Shown here in pieces: positions 30,559 to 40,991 of a stretch of 64,000 bases of DNA. The DNA is taken from the NCBI GenBank assembly GCA_050331235.1, contig JBHJHA010000041.1, forward strand, positions 1-64,000, written 5' to 3'. The number at the start of each line of letters is the position of its first letter. Positions within the stretch are counted from its first letter, which is position 1. The stretch comes from Leptolyngbyaceae cyanobacterium. GTDB lineage: Bacteria; Cyanobacteriota; Cyanobacteriia; Phormidesmidales; Phormidesmidaceae. The position numbers and the translations under genes are program-made. Under the pieces are notes generated by a model, which did not search any database, had not been told where the DNA came from, and saw only the letters and a list, made by a program, of their open reading frames with translations.

Positions 30559-31215
30559 CTACTGCATTTCCTGCACGACGGCCTGCAACCGCTGATAAAA
30601 GCTCGATGACTCGGGCCGCGGCACAATTTTTTGGATCGGCTCTGGCTGGCTGAAAGGGCCTGCCGTTTGGCAGGCTGCTGAGGCAGCTTCCAGCGAATCT
30701 GAATCGCTTCCTGCTCGCAGCTCAGCTTCGGTCGACAGATTCACTGGCGGCTGGGTGTGGCTTTCCGGCTCATGGGATGTCTCTGGAGGCGAGACTGTAT
30801 CTGCTGTCGAGATGGCACCCTGATTTGGACGCGGATGGGTATCGGGCAGCTCGGGCGGCGCGGCAGTTGGGGTCATCAGCTCAGAAGGTCGCCGGGTCGT
30901 CATTGAGGCATATCGGCTAATCGTCGGGTCAATGGGACCAAACACCACCCGCTCAAACTCACTATTGAAGTGCCGCACGGGATGTCCCCGCCGCTTCCAT
31001 CCCGTTAAGATCTGCTCTACCGAAATCGCCTTATATCGCCCTAGGTACAGCGCCTCGATCACCGCCGCCCGAATCCAGTTGGGATCAGCCGCTAGCCGCT
31101 CTTGCCAGATTGCGACCAGCTCGCCCGCCTTAAAGCCCGCCAAGTCAAAGCAATACTCGGTCAGCAGCAGCTTGGCTTGGTCAAATTCACGATCACGGTT
31201 GTCTGGCGAAGTCAT
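30559..31215 (-). CDS. Conserved cyanobacterial hypothetical protein
   Basis: WIRAAVIEALYLGRYKAISVEQIL..W.RRG.P..HFNSEFER and terminal SSFYQRLQAV, which I recognise from a cyanobacterial conserved family. Confidence 0.7.
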   Translation of the reverse strand: MTSPDNRDREFDQAKLLLTEYCFDLAGFKAGELVAIWQERLAADPNWIRAAVIEALYLGRYKAISVEQILTGWKRRGHPVRHFNSEFERVVFGPIDPTISRYASMTTRRPSELMTPTAAPPELPDTHPRPNQGAISTADTVSPPETSHEPESHTQPPVNLSTEAELRAGSDSDSLEAASAACQTAGPFSQPEPIQKIVPRPESSSFYQRLQAVVQEMQ

Positions 31216-31479
31216 AGGTCAACTCGGCAGTAGGAGACAATCAGCGGCTGCTCAGCCTCGACAGCAAATGTTCACACAGGGGATTGAACTGGCAGAAAGC
31301 CCACTAACCCATTCATCAACAGGCTCTGCCGGTTTGTCTCAAGCTTAGCGCCCGAGCCCCAAAAGCTGCTCGGATCTTAGCGAACCGATCAGGCTTCGCA
31401 AAGTCTCTTACTTCGATCTTGGGCGGGTGCTTGGTTACCTTCGCGCTAGAGTGGACAACTCAACATCATTCCCGAGCTT

Positions 31480-32196
31480 ATGGATAGAGCAACCTGGTTA
31501 GCCATGATGCGGCAATATCGAGCGATCGCAGTTGTCCGAGCTCCCCACCTGAGGATCGGGCAGCAGATAGCGCAAGCAGCCGTCAACGGTGGATTTCGCT
31601 TAATCGAAGTAACCTGGACCAGCGATCGCCCAGCTCAGCTGATCAGTCAGTTGCGAGCACAGTTGCCCGCCGACTGCTGGGTTGGGGTGGGTACAGTCTT
31701 GACCGACACCGATTTGACCAGGGCGATCGCGGCGGGGAGCCAATTTTGTTTTACTCCCCACACCGATCGAGCCTTAATTGATCGATGTCAGACCCATGGG
31801 ATCCCGATCATTCCCGGTGCACTCACCCCCACCGAAATTGTTGCCGCCTGGCACTGCGGGGCCCACAGCGTTAAAGTTTTTCCCTGTGAGGCGGTAGGGG
31901 GTCCTGCCTATATTCGCCATCTCCAGGGACCTCTAGGGCATATTCCCCTGATTCCGACCGGAGGCGTCACCCTAGAAACCGGTCCCGTATACCTTAAACA
32001 GGGGGCAATCGCCGTCGGCATCGCCAGCAGTCTCTTTCCCAGGGCCCTCGTTGAAAAGCAAGATTGGCCGGCTATACAGCGGCGATCGCAGACATTTTTA
32101 CAGTGTCTGACGGATCTATCCCCACCAGTGCTCGACCATACGGATGCCGCTCAACCATCTAGCGGCAACAGCATGAGCTCTAAGTGGACTGACTAA
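31480..32196 (+). CDS. eda: KDPG/KHG aldolase
   Basis: IAVVRA, IEVT, GVGTV, PGALTPTEI, Schiff-base lysine in VKVFP, PTGGV. Confidence 0.92.
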   Translation: MDRATWLAMMRQYRAIAVVRAPHLRIGQQIAQAAVNGGFRLIEVTWTSDRPAQLISQLRAQLPADCWVGVGTVLTDTDLTRAIAAGSQFCFTPHTDRALIDRCQTHGIPIIPGALTPTEIVAAWHCGAHSVKVFPCEAVGGPAYIRHLQGPLGHIPLIPTGGVTLETGPVYLKQGAIAVGIASSLFPRALVEKQDWPAIQRRSQTFLQCLTDLSPPVLDHTDAAQPSSGNSMSSKWTD

Positions 32197-32812
32197 GCCA
32201 GGTAATCGCTTCCCGAATCCAGTCTTCAGCATTATCATTTTTTGCCAATGTGCTGTTGCGACCCACGATCTGCAAGGCTTTTACAATTTCGCCATTGGTA
32301 TACCCCAAAGCCACCAGCGTCATCTCCACCTCTTCCTGAACGTTGGCCATGGGACCACTGCCGGGAGCGATCGCGAGACCTGACTGCTGTCGCCACTCAG
32401 AGAGCTTCGTTTTGAGTTCCAAAATTAACCGCTCGGCAGTTTTGCTGCCAACGCCTTTAGTGCGAGAAATCAGTCGGGTATTGCCCGAGACAACGGCCTG
32501 TATAAGTTCCTGAAAGCCGAGGGTATCAAGCAGCGCCATCGCCATCTGAGGGCCAATGCCGCTAACGCTGACCAATTGGCGAAAGACATCGCGCTCAGAG
32601 CGGCTCGCAAAACCAAAAACGACAGGGAGCTCGTCGCGAATTTGCAGATGACAAAAGACCTGAAGCGATCCGCCCAGGGGGGGCAACTCAGTCAGAAACC
32701 GACCGGTCACCTGGAGGTCATATCCCACCTGATGCACCTCAACGGTGATGAAAACACGTTGTCCACTCTGCTTTTGAATATCAACTAGGGTACCTTTGAG
32801 ATAGCTCAACAC
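32180..32812 (-). CDS. ruvA: Holliday junction branch migration protein RuvA
   Basis: LSYLKG, VGYDL, LVSVSGIGPQMA, KGVGSKTAERLILELK, LVALGY. Confidence 0.96.
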   Translation of the reverse strand: MLSYLKGTLVDIQKQSGQRVFITVEVHQVGYDLQVTGRFLTELPPLGGSLQVFCHLQIRDELPVVFGFASRSERDVFRQLVSVSGIGPQMAMALLDTLGFQELIQAVVSGNTRLISRTKGVGSKTAERLILELKTKLSEWRQQSGLAIAPGSGPMANVQEEVEMTLVALGYTNGEIVKALQIVGRNSTLAKNDNAEDWIREAITWLSQST

Positions 32813-33070
32813 GGGATTACCTGACCACTCCAGAAAAGTCTATAAAGCGCAATCGCCTAGGAGCTGTTTCCGGTGGAGCAGTTGCTCGCTAGAGACTAAG
32901 CCCCCCCCGGAGCCTAGCCCCATTGGGTTCATCGCAGCGCCACCATGAACCGTTGAATTACGCACCGATATCGCCGCATTCCAGTTAATTCGGCATAGCG
33001 ATCCAGGAGCAAAATTGAGGTGCCGAGTCCTGAGATCAAGGCATCTCCCCCGCTCTGCACGACGAGATCG

Positions 33071-33832
33071 CTAGGCTGAGTTGCGGCGCGATCGAACCAC
33101 GCGGGTCCCATCGGATGCACCTGGGACAGCATTGTTTCTTGTCTTTTTAGGCGTATCTTGACTGCGATCGCTGGTCTCAACATCGGCTGCCGGTAAAGCC
33201 GTGCGCCCATTACGCACTACTCGCATCATGTCAGAAAGCTGTTGCTCAAGGCCCTGCAGTACCTCTGCAGCATAAGCATCGGCATCCTGCCGCATGGCGA
33301 GGCAGTCATCTTCGGTCTGTTGCCGAGTTTCATGCCAATACTGGTCAGTCGCGGTTTGCCATTGCTCAATCTCGGCCCGCGTCTGTGACCGTAAAGCGTC
33401 ACAATCTTGTTCCAACTGTTGCTTAATTTGTCGAGCTTGGGTTTCGGCCTGCTGCACGATTCCCAAATCATCTAACCGCCTGACCGCTTCCTGCTCCGCC
33501 GCTTCTAGCATGTCCCTGGCATATTGCTGGGCATCGGCCAAAATGCGCTCGCGCTGCTGCACAATTTGCATCGCTTCTTGAAAAATGTTGGGCAGATTGA
33601 GACGAATGCGATCAAGCTGCTCCAACAGCTGATCTTCATCAATCAGCGTCCGACCTGAAAACGGCACCCGGGGACTTTCTAAAATCAGCTCCTCCAGCAC
33701 GTTGAGCGACTGTTGAATATCCAACCGCTTAACAGTATCGCTGCTGCCGGCTGACTGTTCGGCATCAGCGGCAGCGCGATCAGTCGCATTATGATTGGAA
33801 CCGTTGTTGGAGTTTATGTCTTGGCGTAGCAT
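33071..33832 (-). CDS. DivIVA-like coiled-coil cell division protein (Cdv3-like)
   Basis: [29 protein letters not shown] and [11 protein letters not shown]; overlaps coaD, the usual cyanobacterial arrangement. Confidence 0.75.
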   Translation of the reverse strand: MLRQDINSNNGSNHNATDRAAADAEQSAGSSDTVKRLDIQQSLNVLEELILESPRVPFSGRTLIDEDQLLEQLDRIRLNLPNIFQEAMQIVQQRERILADAQQYARDMLEAAEQEAVRRLDDLGIVQQAETQARQIKQQLEQDCDALRSQTRAEIEQWQTATDQYWHETRQQTEDDCLAMRQDADAYAAEVLQGLEQQLSDMMRVVRNGRTALPAADVETSDRSQDTPKKTRNNAVPGASDGTRVVRSRRNSA

Positions 33833-34293
33833 CGGTATATGTCCCGGGCGACGTGTGGAGGCACCAAATGGTCGACTGCTCCTCCGTATTGAGCAATTTC
33901 TTTTACTAGACTACTGCTTAAAAAGCCATATTCTGTCGAAGTTGCTAAAAACACGGTTTCGAGGTCTTCTGCCAAAGTTTTATTGGTGTGGGCCATCTGC
34001 AGTTCTTTTTCAAAGTCAGAAAGCACCCGCAATCCCCTCAGCAAAACCTGGGCCTGCTTCATTCTGGCATAGGTTACTGTCAGACCATCAAAACTATCGA
34101 TCTCAACATTGGATAAATGACTAACGGCTTCGCTAATTTGAGCTAGCCGCTCAGCCGCGGTGAATAGGGGACGCTTATTGGGATTGGCCGCCACCACGAC
34201 TATCACTTTTTCGAATAGGCGACTGCCGCGGCTAATGATGTCGAGGTGACCATAAGTGATCGGGTCAAAACTGCCGGGATAAATTGCAATCAC
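33814..34293 (-). CDS. coaD: Phosphopantetheine adenylyltransferase
   Basis: [38 protein letters not shown]. Confidence 0.97.
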   Translation of the reverse strand: MIAIYPGSFDPITYGHLDIISRGSRLFEKVIVVVAANPNKRPLFTAAERLAQISEAVSHLSNVEIDSFDGLTVTYARMKQAQVLLRGLRVLSDFEKELQMAHTNKTLAEDLETVFLATSTEYGFLSSSLVKEIAQYGGAVDHLVPPHVARDIYRCYAKT

Positions 34294-34702
34294 GTCACTA
34301 CCTTTTGCGAAAATTAGCGCCTGGCGCCAACTACCACATCATAATTTGTCTCTACCCGCAGGCGACCCGCGCGGTATGGGTCAAGATGCCGAAGTCCTCA
34401 AACCTGAGTTCGACAACCCTCTTAAAGTTCAGTAATGTGCGAAAGTTTGCATGCAGCCCCGCCCCAAGATCGGGGTTCAAAGCCTTGCTCTAACGGCGTG
34501 TTCTAACCAGGAAAGAGGCCAAGAGAGAACAGAAGCAGTCCGTCGAACCGACACAAGCGATTGGGGGGCGATCGCCGCTGCTGATCGCCCTGCTCCCTAT
34601 CGTGAATGGGATCTAAAGTCACGGATACGCCATCTGCCCTCAGGCTCTATCCATAGTTTTGATAACATGCTGCTAGTTATTTGGTTGGGGCATTGAGTGC
34701 CA

Positions 34703-35632
34703 TTAGCAACCCTGAGGCGCAAACCACACTAGCGACTCTTGGGTGTCTTCGCCCCGCCAGCGCATCCAGCCTTCCTGAGTAACGGCACCTGGCAAAAACG
34801 TACAGCCATCGGTCGGTTGGGTCACTTGCACCCGCATCCAGTCTCCCTCGAAAGCTAACGGTTGAATGAAGCTGTTAGGACCAACAAGGCCCAAAATTCC
34901 CTCGTCCGTACTGCCAGCTTCCTCATACAGTGATTGCGATAGACCATGTTCACGAAAGTCTACTTGCCCCACTTCTAAAAACCGGTTTTCCCAGAGCTCT
35001 ACGGCCAGTTCAAGATTGCCGAGATTGAGATGATCAACATGGGCCCATGCTCTGCCCGCCGGCGTGTACTGAAACTGAAACCAGCCATCTTCGCGGAGTT
35101 GAGTCACCGGAAATGACATCAAATTGTAGTAAGTCTGCAGCATCGAAAAGCTGGCATCCTCACCGAGGGCGATCGGCGTTTGACCATTCGGGACGAGCCA
35201 ACCATTCATAATCCATCCCCAGTGGCTGCCCGCCGGCTCGATATAGATGGGGATCGCCGACGCCTGCAACCACCCTGCGCCTAACAAGGGGCTGCTGGCC
35301 CAATTGGGTTCAGCCAGAAACGAAACATCTTGAGGACGTAAATGGCCAACGCCAATATCATCTCCTGCTTCGGGCATCAGGCCAATAATGCCCGTACTGG
35401 CTGGTACTCGAGCCGGGGGCAGGGTGCTTGGCAAAGGCGGAACTGGTGGCGTTGTCCGGTTTTGACTCAGAACAGTTGGCAGTACCACATTTTCCTGCTG
35501 GAGGGCATCAGGCAATGCCAGCACTGTTGCAGCACTATACATCCCACCTCCGACGGCCAAACAACCAGCCGAAACTAGGGTACTGATGGATATCTTATGG
35601 AGTCTCATAGCAGCGATCGCGATTACAAGCAA
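34703..35632 (-). CDS. Secreted hypothetical protein
   Basis: 309-aa ORF with a signal-like N-terminus, a Pro-rich stretch and Trp-rich SH3-like segments (GDWMRVQV...QEGWMRW). Confidence 0.65.
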   Translation of the reverse strand: MLVIAIAAMRLHKISISTLVSAGCLAVGGGMYSAATVLALPDALQQENVVLPTVLSQNRTTPPVPPLPSTLPPARVPASTGIIGLMPEAGDDIGVGHLRPQDVSFLAEPNWASSPLLGAGWLQASAIPIYIEPAGSHWGWIMNGWLVPNGQTPIALGEDASFSMLQTYYNLMSFPVTQLREDGWFQFQYTPAGRAWAHVDHLNLGNLELAVELWENRFLEVGQVDFREHGLSQSLYEEAGSTDEGILGLVGPNSFIQPLAFEGDWMRVQVTQPTDGCTFLPGAVTQEGWMRWRGEDTQESLVWFAPQGC

Positions 35633-36300
35633 AAAACAATACAGCTAGATGTCACTTTTTCGGAGAGAGCTTTCATTGAATTAGTTATCTCCAGGTTGCG
35701 TGCCAGCCTCCCTAGTGGTCTGGGATGTCGCTAACCACACACCCGATTCCCCAGATCATGGACGCACAAAGACTAAAAACGTTTCGATCCCCCCTTGCGA
35801 CCAGGGTTGATTTTTTTTAGCAAGCATCAGACCAGTTCATGCCCCAGAGCTATCATTGCTGGCAAGCTAAGTCGGTCCAGCGATTATCGTCAGCATAGGC
35901 TTAGAACTCCCACATCAAACAGACAGCAGGTCATCGTCCTTGGTCCAGATCACCCTTTGATCAGAGTTTGCCCGAAAAATGACTATTTGCATCCTGACAT
36001 AATTGTGATGTTCGATACAAAGACTCAGCTAATGGGTACAGCAGTTCGCCTAAACCCATAGCGCTACAGCGCGCTCCATCGGCTCCGTGTATTTACTCAG
36101 GCCACTTTGAGAGTTCCCACCGATAGTGAAGATAATCGGTGAGGAGTGGCAGACCATTAAGAACATCACATGTTCTTAAAAGAATTACCAACTTCAGGTT
36201 GATTTGAATTCTTGGTCAGATATATCTGTTGAAGGTTTAACCTTTTGCTATCAAACCATTAATTTGATAGTTAGTAATCGGCCATGCCAGTTCAGAGGCA

Positions 36301-36699
36301 ATGGCTACCAAATCATCTCTTCCCACGAGGTTTTTTCCAATGCTCTCTTCTCGCATGGTTTCGGCAGCAGCAACCGCTTTTGTAGCAACTTTAGCCATCA
36401 GCGGAGCCGCCATAGCCGACAACGAATCGACGACTGAAAACACGGTTGCCGGTAGCCTTTTGCCATTAGAAAACCGCAGTATGGAAATTCAGCTTGATCC
36501 AGAGCTGTATAATTCCGCTGCCCATGAGGTCAACACCCTCGAACCAGGAAGCAATGAATCTGCTGACATTGCAGACTTTCTGGGGGCAGATTTTTTAGGC
36601 GACCTAATCGATGAAAATGGCGACGTCAACTTACCGTTAGGAATCACCGTCTTTGAAGCAATGGGTACAACCTCTTTGGGCTTTGGGGGTAAGTTCTAA
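36301..36699 (+). CDS. Secreted acidic hypothetical protein
   Basis: Signal peptide ending AIA, GAGG upstream of the ATG, ends SLGFGGKF; followed by a terminator. Confidence 0.65.
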   Translation: MATKSSLPTRFFPMLSSRMVSAAATAFVATLAISGAAIADNESTTENTVAGSLLPLENRSMEIQLDPELYNSAAHEVNTLEPGSNESADIADFLGADFLGDLIDENGDVNLPLGITVFEAMGTTSLGFGGKF

Positions 36700-36767
36700 A
36701 GCAATCAAATCATAAGATTTATCATTTTAACCATCGATTTTCTTGTGGCCAAAAAAATTCCTTTACG

Positions 36768-36800
36768 AAGCGACTCCGACGGGTCGCTTTTTTATTTTTT
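36768..36800 (+). terminator. Intrinsic terminator
   Basis: AAGCGACTC-CGAC-GGGTCGCTT followed by a long T run. Confidence 0.8.
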
Positions 36801-36900
36801 TAGCGAGCCAGTATGATGGCGAGGACATCGCTCATGGTTCACTGACCACATTAAAGCTACAACCTGCACTCACAAGCGTTGAGTATGTTTGCTCCGAAGA

Positions 36901-37995
36901 TCACGGGCGATCGCCCATCATCCAATTCCCTACTATTTGTGCCGTCGCGGGGGCCAGCAAAACCCCATTACGATAGTGCCCAGTCGCAACGAGGGCGTTG
37001 GATATGCCAGTTAGCGCCTGAATGACTGGAGCTGCCTGCCCTTGCGGACGAGGTCGCAAACCATACCAAGTCGATAGGATTTTGCCCGCGGTCAGCTCAG
37101 GGCAATAGCCGACAGCCGCTTGCCAAACCGACTCAAGGGCAGCGGCCTCTGGTAGGGGCGATCGCTCCCCATCTGGGGGAAATTCTACCGTGGCGGCGAC
37201 ACCGTAGAGATGCTCCCCCAGCGGCACTAGATGGATATCGTCGCCATTGATAATGGGTTGAAACGATTCATTTCCCAGGGGTCGCGCCATTTGCACCCGC
37301 ATCCCCTGGCCCAAAACGGGTACCAGTGATAACGGTTGGTCCAGCAAGGTGATCAGAGCCTCGCTGCCAAGCCCAGCTGTCACTAAAACCCAGTCAGCGG
37401 GATAGACAGCGTCAGCAGCCTCAACCGCGACGAGGCGATCGCCTGCCTGAATAAACCCAGTCGCCGCCGTATCAGTTGTCAGTACTGCGCCCTGCTGTTG
37501 AGCCCCGGCAATGAGTGTTTGCGTCAGAGCCAGCGGATCAATTTGGAGATCTTTGGGAGAGTAAATCCCCGCTAATATCTCCCGGCCAGACAGATGAGGA
37601 CACGCCGTCAGCAGCTGTTCGGGAGTCCAAATTTCCAACGGCCAGCCTTGGCGCTGGCGAATGGTCTGAAGCGATCGCCAACGGGAAAGTGCAGCTTCCT
37701 CAAAGCAAAGGCTAAGAATTCCCTGCTGATTATGGGGCACTGGCCTACCTGTAAGGGCGGCTAGCTCTGGTAATAATGTCTTGTACCGGCGCAGACTGGC
37801 TTCTCTCAAGCGCCAGTTGCGGCCTTTGACTTTGTGGCTGATGACACCCATAGCAATGCCCAAGGCGGCACCAGTAGCGCCCTGGGCAGGTTGTTGCTGC
37901 TCTAAAACGGTGATGTCGTAATCGCCAAAACAACTCAGCTCGTAAGCGATAGTTGCACCGACAATGCCACAGCCAACGATAACAACACGGGTCAT
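36901..37995 (-). CDS. FAD-dependent oxidoreductase (DAO/ThiO-like)
   Basis: VVIVGCGIVG, ATGAALG, GLRPRP and GHYRNGVLLAPATA. Confidence 0.9.
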   Translation of the reverse strand: MTRVVIVGCGIVGATIAYELSCFGDYDITVLEQQQPAQGATGAALGIAMGVISHKVKGRNWRLREASLRRYKTLLPELAALTGRPVPHNQQGILSLCFEEAALSRWRSLQTIRQRQGWPLEIWTPEQLLTACPHLSGREILAGIYSPKDLQIDPLALTQTLIAGAQQQGAVLTTDTAATGFIQAGDRLVAVEAADAVYPADWVLVTAGLGSEALITLLDQPLSLVPVLGQGMRVQMARPLGNESFQPIINGDDIHLVPLGEHLYGVAATVEFPPDGERSPLPEAAALESVWQAAVGYCPELTAGKILSTWYGLRPRPQGQAAPVIQALTGISNALVATGHYRNGVLLAPATAQIVGNWMMGDRP

Positions 37996-38000
37996 GCTGA

Positions 38001-38474
38001 CTACGCAGCCGGATCAGGAATCAATGAGATAAATGCGTCGAAATCGTCTAGTGCTTCTCGGTATTGCTTGGCAGCTTCAATTTGGTTGAAATCTTCAGCC
38101 GCAGCATCTAATCGTTCGAGGTGCTTGCCAATTTCGTCGGCGTAAAACTGGGCTTCGTCGGCATCTTGAGGCAGCAGGCGAGCGGTCACTCGGCCAAGGC
38201 GCACCCGTAGTTCGCCCATCGGACCGTGAATGAAGGAGCTGATATCATTCCACTCTTTATTTTGAATATAGTTTTCCAGTTCGGGGAAGCGCTCACGCAA
38301 CTCTGTAACCCGAGGCGCATAAATATCAATTTGCGCAAGCTGGTCAACCGAGTATGTCGTGGGTTGAGAAATATTGGTTCCGCCACACCCCACGAGACAA
38401 GTTGCGACCAAGGCAAGTATTAGCCCCAGCATTGACCGCAGTCGAAACCGTTTCATAGCGCTAAAGATTCTCAT
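38001..38474 (-). CDS. psbQ: Photosystem II extrinsic lipoprotein PsbQ (CyanoQ)
   Basis: Lipobox LVGC, PTTYS..QL, FIHGPMGELR, LLPQD. Confidence 0.92.
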   Translation of the reverse strand: MRIFSAMKRFRLRSMLGLILALVATCLVGCGGTNISQPTTYSVDQLAQIDIYAPRVTELRERFPELENYIQNKEWNDISSFIHGPMGELRVRLGRVTARLLPQDADEAQFYADEIGKHLERLDAAAEDFNQIEAAKQYREALDDFDAFISLIPDPAA

Positions 38475-38632
38475 GATGGCTGCCTGTAGTGAACCTACAG
38501 GGATATCTCACTTCTTAAGTATCCTATGCTGACAAAGATTTTTACACTACCAACCACAGTTATAGATGCAGTTATGGGGGGTTCTGCGGCACCATGGTTC
38601 AATGAGACGCAGATTGATTGGTGAATGGCGAC

Positions 38633-39412
38633 ATGTTGCCCAAAGCAGACTTACTCAAGTCAGTGGAAAATCAGGCTACTTTAACGCGTGTTCTGGATTT
38701 AGCTGAGCAAGCAATTCGCACTTGGGAAATTGTCTTTACAGATTTCTTGTCGCCGCCCGAGTTCGTCGAATCCCAAGAAATTTTTCAACGCCTAACTGAG
38801 GTGCAGTTTTTTGCCAGGGGCGGCTATCCCCAAGCGGAGCGCCAGCGCGGCGCGATCGCCCGGAGTGATCTCGCCTTAGAAGAAACTGAGATTCCCCTCG
38901 CATTGCTAGATATTTCAGGCAATTTTCTGTTTGATACGGCGACCCATCGCGATTTCTTGGGAGCATTGCTAGGTACGGGGTTAGTCCGTGACAAGGTGGG
39001 CGATATTATTGTGCTGGGAGAACGGGGAGCGCAGGCAATTGTGGTACCCGAGCTAGTAGAGTTTTTAGCAGCCAACCTCACCCAAGTGAGATCGGTGCCA
39101 GTCAAAACTCGTCAGATTGATTGGAGTGAATTGCGGGTTCGGCAGCCGAAAAAGAAAGAAATAACTACTGTTGAGGCCTCCCTCCGACTGGATGCCGTCG
39201 CCTCGGCAGGATTTGGCATGTCACGCAGCAAAATGGTAGACCTCATTAATACTGGTGATGTGCGGGTAAATTGGAAGTCAGCTAAGCAACCTAGTCAGTC
39301 TGTCAACGCCGGAGACTTAGTTGCCATTCGCGGTAAAGGTCGCTTAGAAATTGGCGACATTGCCACTACCAAAAAGGAGCGCTATCGCATTAATCTGACT
39401 CGCTATGTGTAG
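38633..39412 (+). CDS. Photosystem II S4 domain protein (Sll1252/YlmH-like)
   Basis: TDFLSPPE, GGYPQAERQR, HRDFLGALLG, and S4 motif SLRLDAVASAGFGMSRSK. Confidence 0.92.
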   Translation: MLPKADLLKSVENQATLTRVLDLAEQAIRTWEIVFTDFLSPPEFVESQEIFQRLTEVQFFARGGYPQAERQRGAIARSDLALEETEIPLALLDISGNFLFDTATHRDFLGALLGTGLVRDKVGDIIVLGERGAQAIVVPELVEFLAANLTQVRSVPVKTRQIDWSELRVRQPKKKEITTVEASLRLDAVASAGFGMSRSKMVDLINTGDVRVNWKSAKQPSQSVNAGDLVAIRGKGRLEIGDIATTKKERYRINLTRYV

Positions 39413-39601
39413 TCTCTAGCTCCATAGACTCGCAGGTAAAGCCTCCTGAGCATCCATTAGCTCCTATTGCCCTTGCTCTCTAAACCGGCGATAGCCCCGT
39501 GATGGGGGCTTCATGAAAATCGAAAAGTCGCTCTGACAAAATAGCCAAAGCGACCCATTAGAGCTTAGTGTTTTAGCTGTAGCAGCAAGCCAAGCTGCTG
39601 A

Positions 39602-40462
39602 CTAGCTGACGTCAGCGACACCAGCAAGTTCCTCTTTAGCCTTACCATTGCCGCTGTCACGGCCACTGATGCTTTCAGAGTCGATGCCACGGACTTCGTC
39701 TACCTGAGTCTTGACTCGGGCGATAGAGAAGACCAGCAGGCCAAACAAGGGCTTAGCCAATAAGTCAGCGATGGTATATCCGACCTGGACACCGACGGTT
39801 GCAGTGGTTCCCTGGATGCCGATTTCGGGTAGCAAGTAGGCGATCGGGTATACTCCCCAGGAAGCTAACAATAAAAAGCGCATACTATTGAGCAAAGTCT
39901 TGACCTGATCAGGCTGCCGGGCCGTCGCCTGACTGAGTTCCGTCCACAAGATGTACAGGATGTAGAGGAAAGGAACTGTACTAACGGCTCCCCAAATGGC
40001 GCGAGTCGTAATATCATCAGCCACTTCGCCTACATACCCCGTTGCAATCATCAAAACGGCAGCAGCGGCTAGCTTAATAAATAGAGGGCGAGCAACTTCT
40101 TTGGATAATGCCAGAACAGCTACTGCTTCAATCAGCAGTAGCGGTACCGTTAGTAACCAATCAACGTATCGGTAGGCGTCATCAAAGGGGTGACCAGTGG
40201 CAAGGTACAGACTATCTTGAAGGGCATAGGCCGCCTCCCAGCTATTGAAAATACGAAAGTAGTGATAGCCCGCGATACTCACAACGACGCCAGACACTAG
40301 CACAGCCACTTGGTATTTGCGGCCCACTTGCGATTTGGCATTGAAGAAAAATAGGGCTGATGCGAACATTGCTGCGATCGCTAACGAAAACGCTTGGTAA
40401 ACCAGATTGAACTGATTTGGGGTCAGCTCAGTCGGCAATAACGCTATAGGTAAACAGTTCAT
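39602..40462 (-). CDS. Microbial rhodopsin, xanthorhodopsin/Gloeobacter rhodopsin-like DTE proton pump
   Basis: 7 TM helices; helix C YRYVDWLLTVPLLLIE (D-T-E); His in GYHYFRIF; SWGVYPIAY; retinal-binding Lys in ADLLAKPLFG. Confidence 0.95.
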   Translation of the reverse strand: MNCLPIALLPTELTPNQFNLVYQAFSLAIAAMFASALFFFNAKSQVGRKYQVAVLVSGVVVSIAGYHYFRIFNSWEAAYALQDSLYLATGHPFDDAYRYVDWLLTVPLLLIEAVAVLALSKEVARPLFIKLAAAAVLMIATGYVGEVADDITTRAIWGAVSTVPFLYILYILWTELSQATARQPDQVKTLLNSMRFLLLASWGVYPIAYLLPEIGIQGTTATVGVQVGYTIADLLAKPLFGLLVFSIARVKTQVDEVRGIDSESISGRDSGNGKAKEELAGVADVS

Positions 40463-40991
40463 GTTTAGATTCAAGGAAACTTCAGTCGACAGCAGGCCAG
40501 CCAACCAGCTTTACCACTAGGGCAAAACATTTGGCAACTCAGACGCAAAGTTCACCGAGCGTGTCCGCGAGTTTACTCACCACGGCAAAATCTCTCCGCC
40601 TAGTAGCGGCGATCACCCTGCAATCATCTGAGGACTGATTCAACCTGCCTCATGTTCAACTTAAGAAGTTTCGGTTTTTCTTTGTTCACACAAAAGTGCT
40701 ATATCCGGCTATATCCTTATACATAGACTTGTCCACGCAGCCCATGCGGGAGCCTTAAAGAATGGGTTTTTAGGATGTCAGCGAGGGACATTCAGGGACC
40801 CAAAACTGTTCAGTTTCGAGGCGCAGCCTCAACCAACGACATGCCGATCGCAGAATGTGCCACAAACTGCCATTGCTGCTGTTGGTGATCGCACCATGAC
40901 AATTTTTGGAGACCCAATTAAATGTCCAGCCAATATTCAATCCCAGCTTGACCATACAGGGAAGCTGGAATTGGATATTGTCCCATCACAC

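Noticed and set aside
34294..34702. ~400-bp spacer upstream of coaD as a possible ncRNA (6S, riboswitch)
   Set aside because: Only short hairpins and no recognisable conserved RNA motif; an Rfam scan would be needed.
36237..36443. 68-aa minus-strand ORF
   Set aside because: Antisense to the better-supported 36301-36699 gene, which has an RBS-like GAGG, a signal peptide and a terminator.
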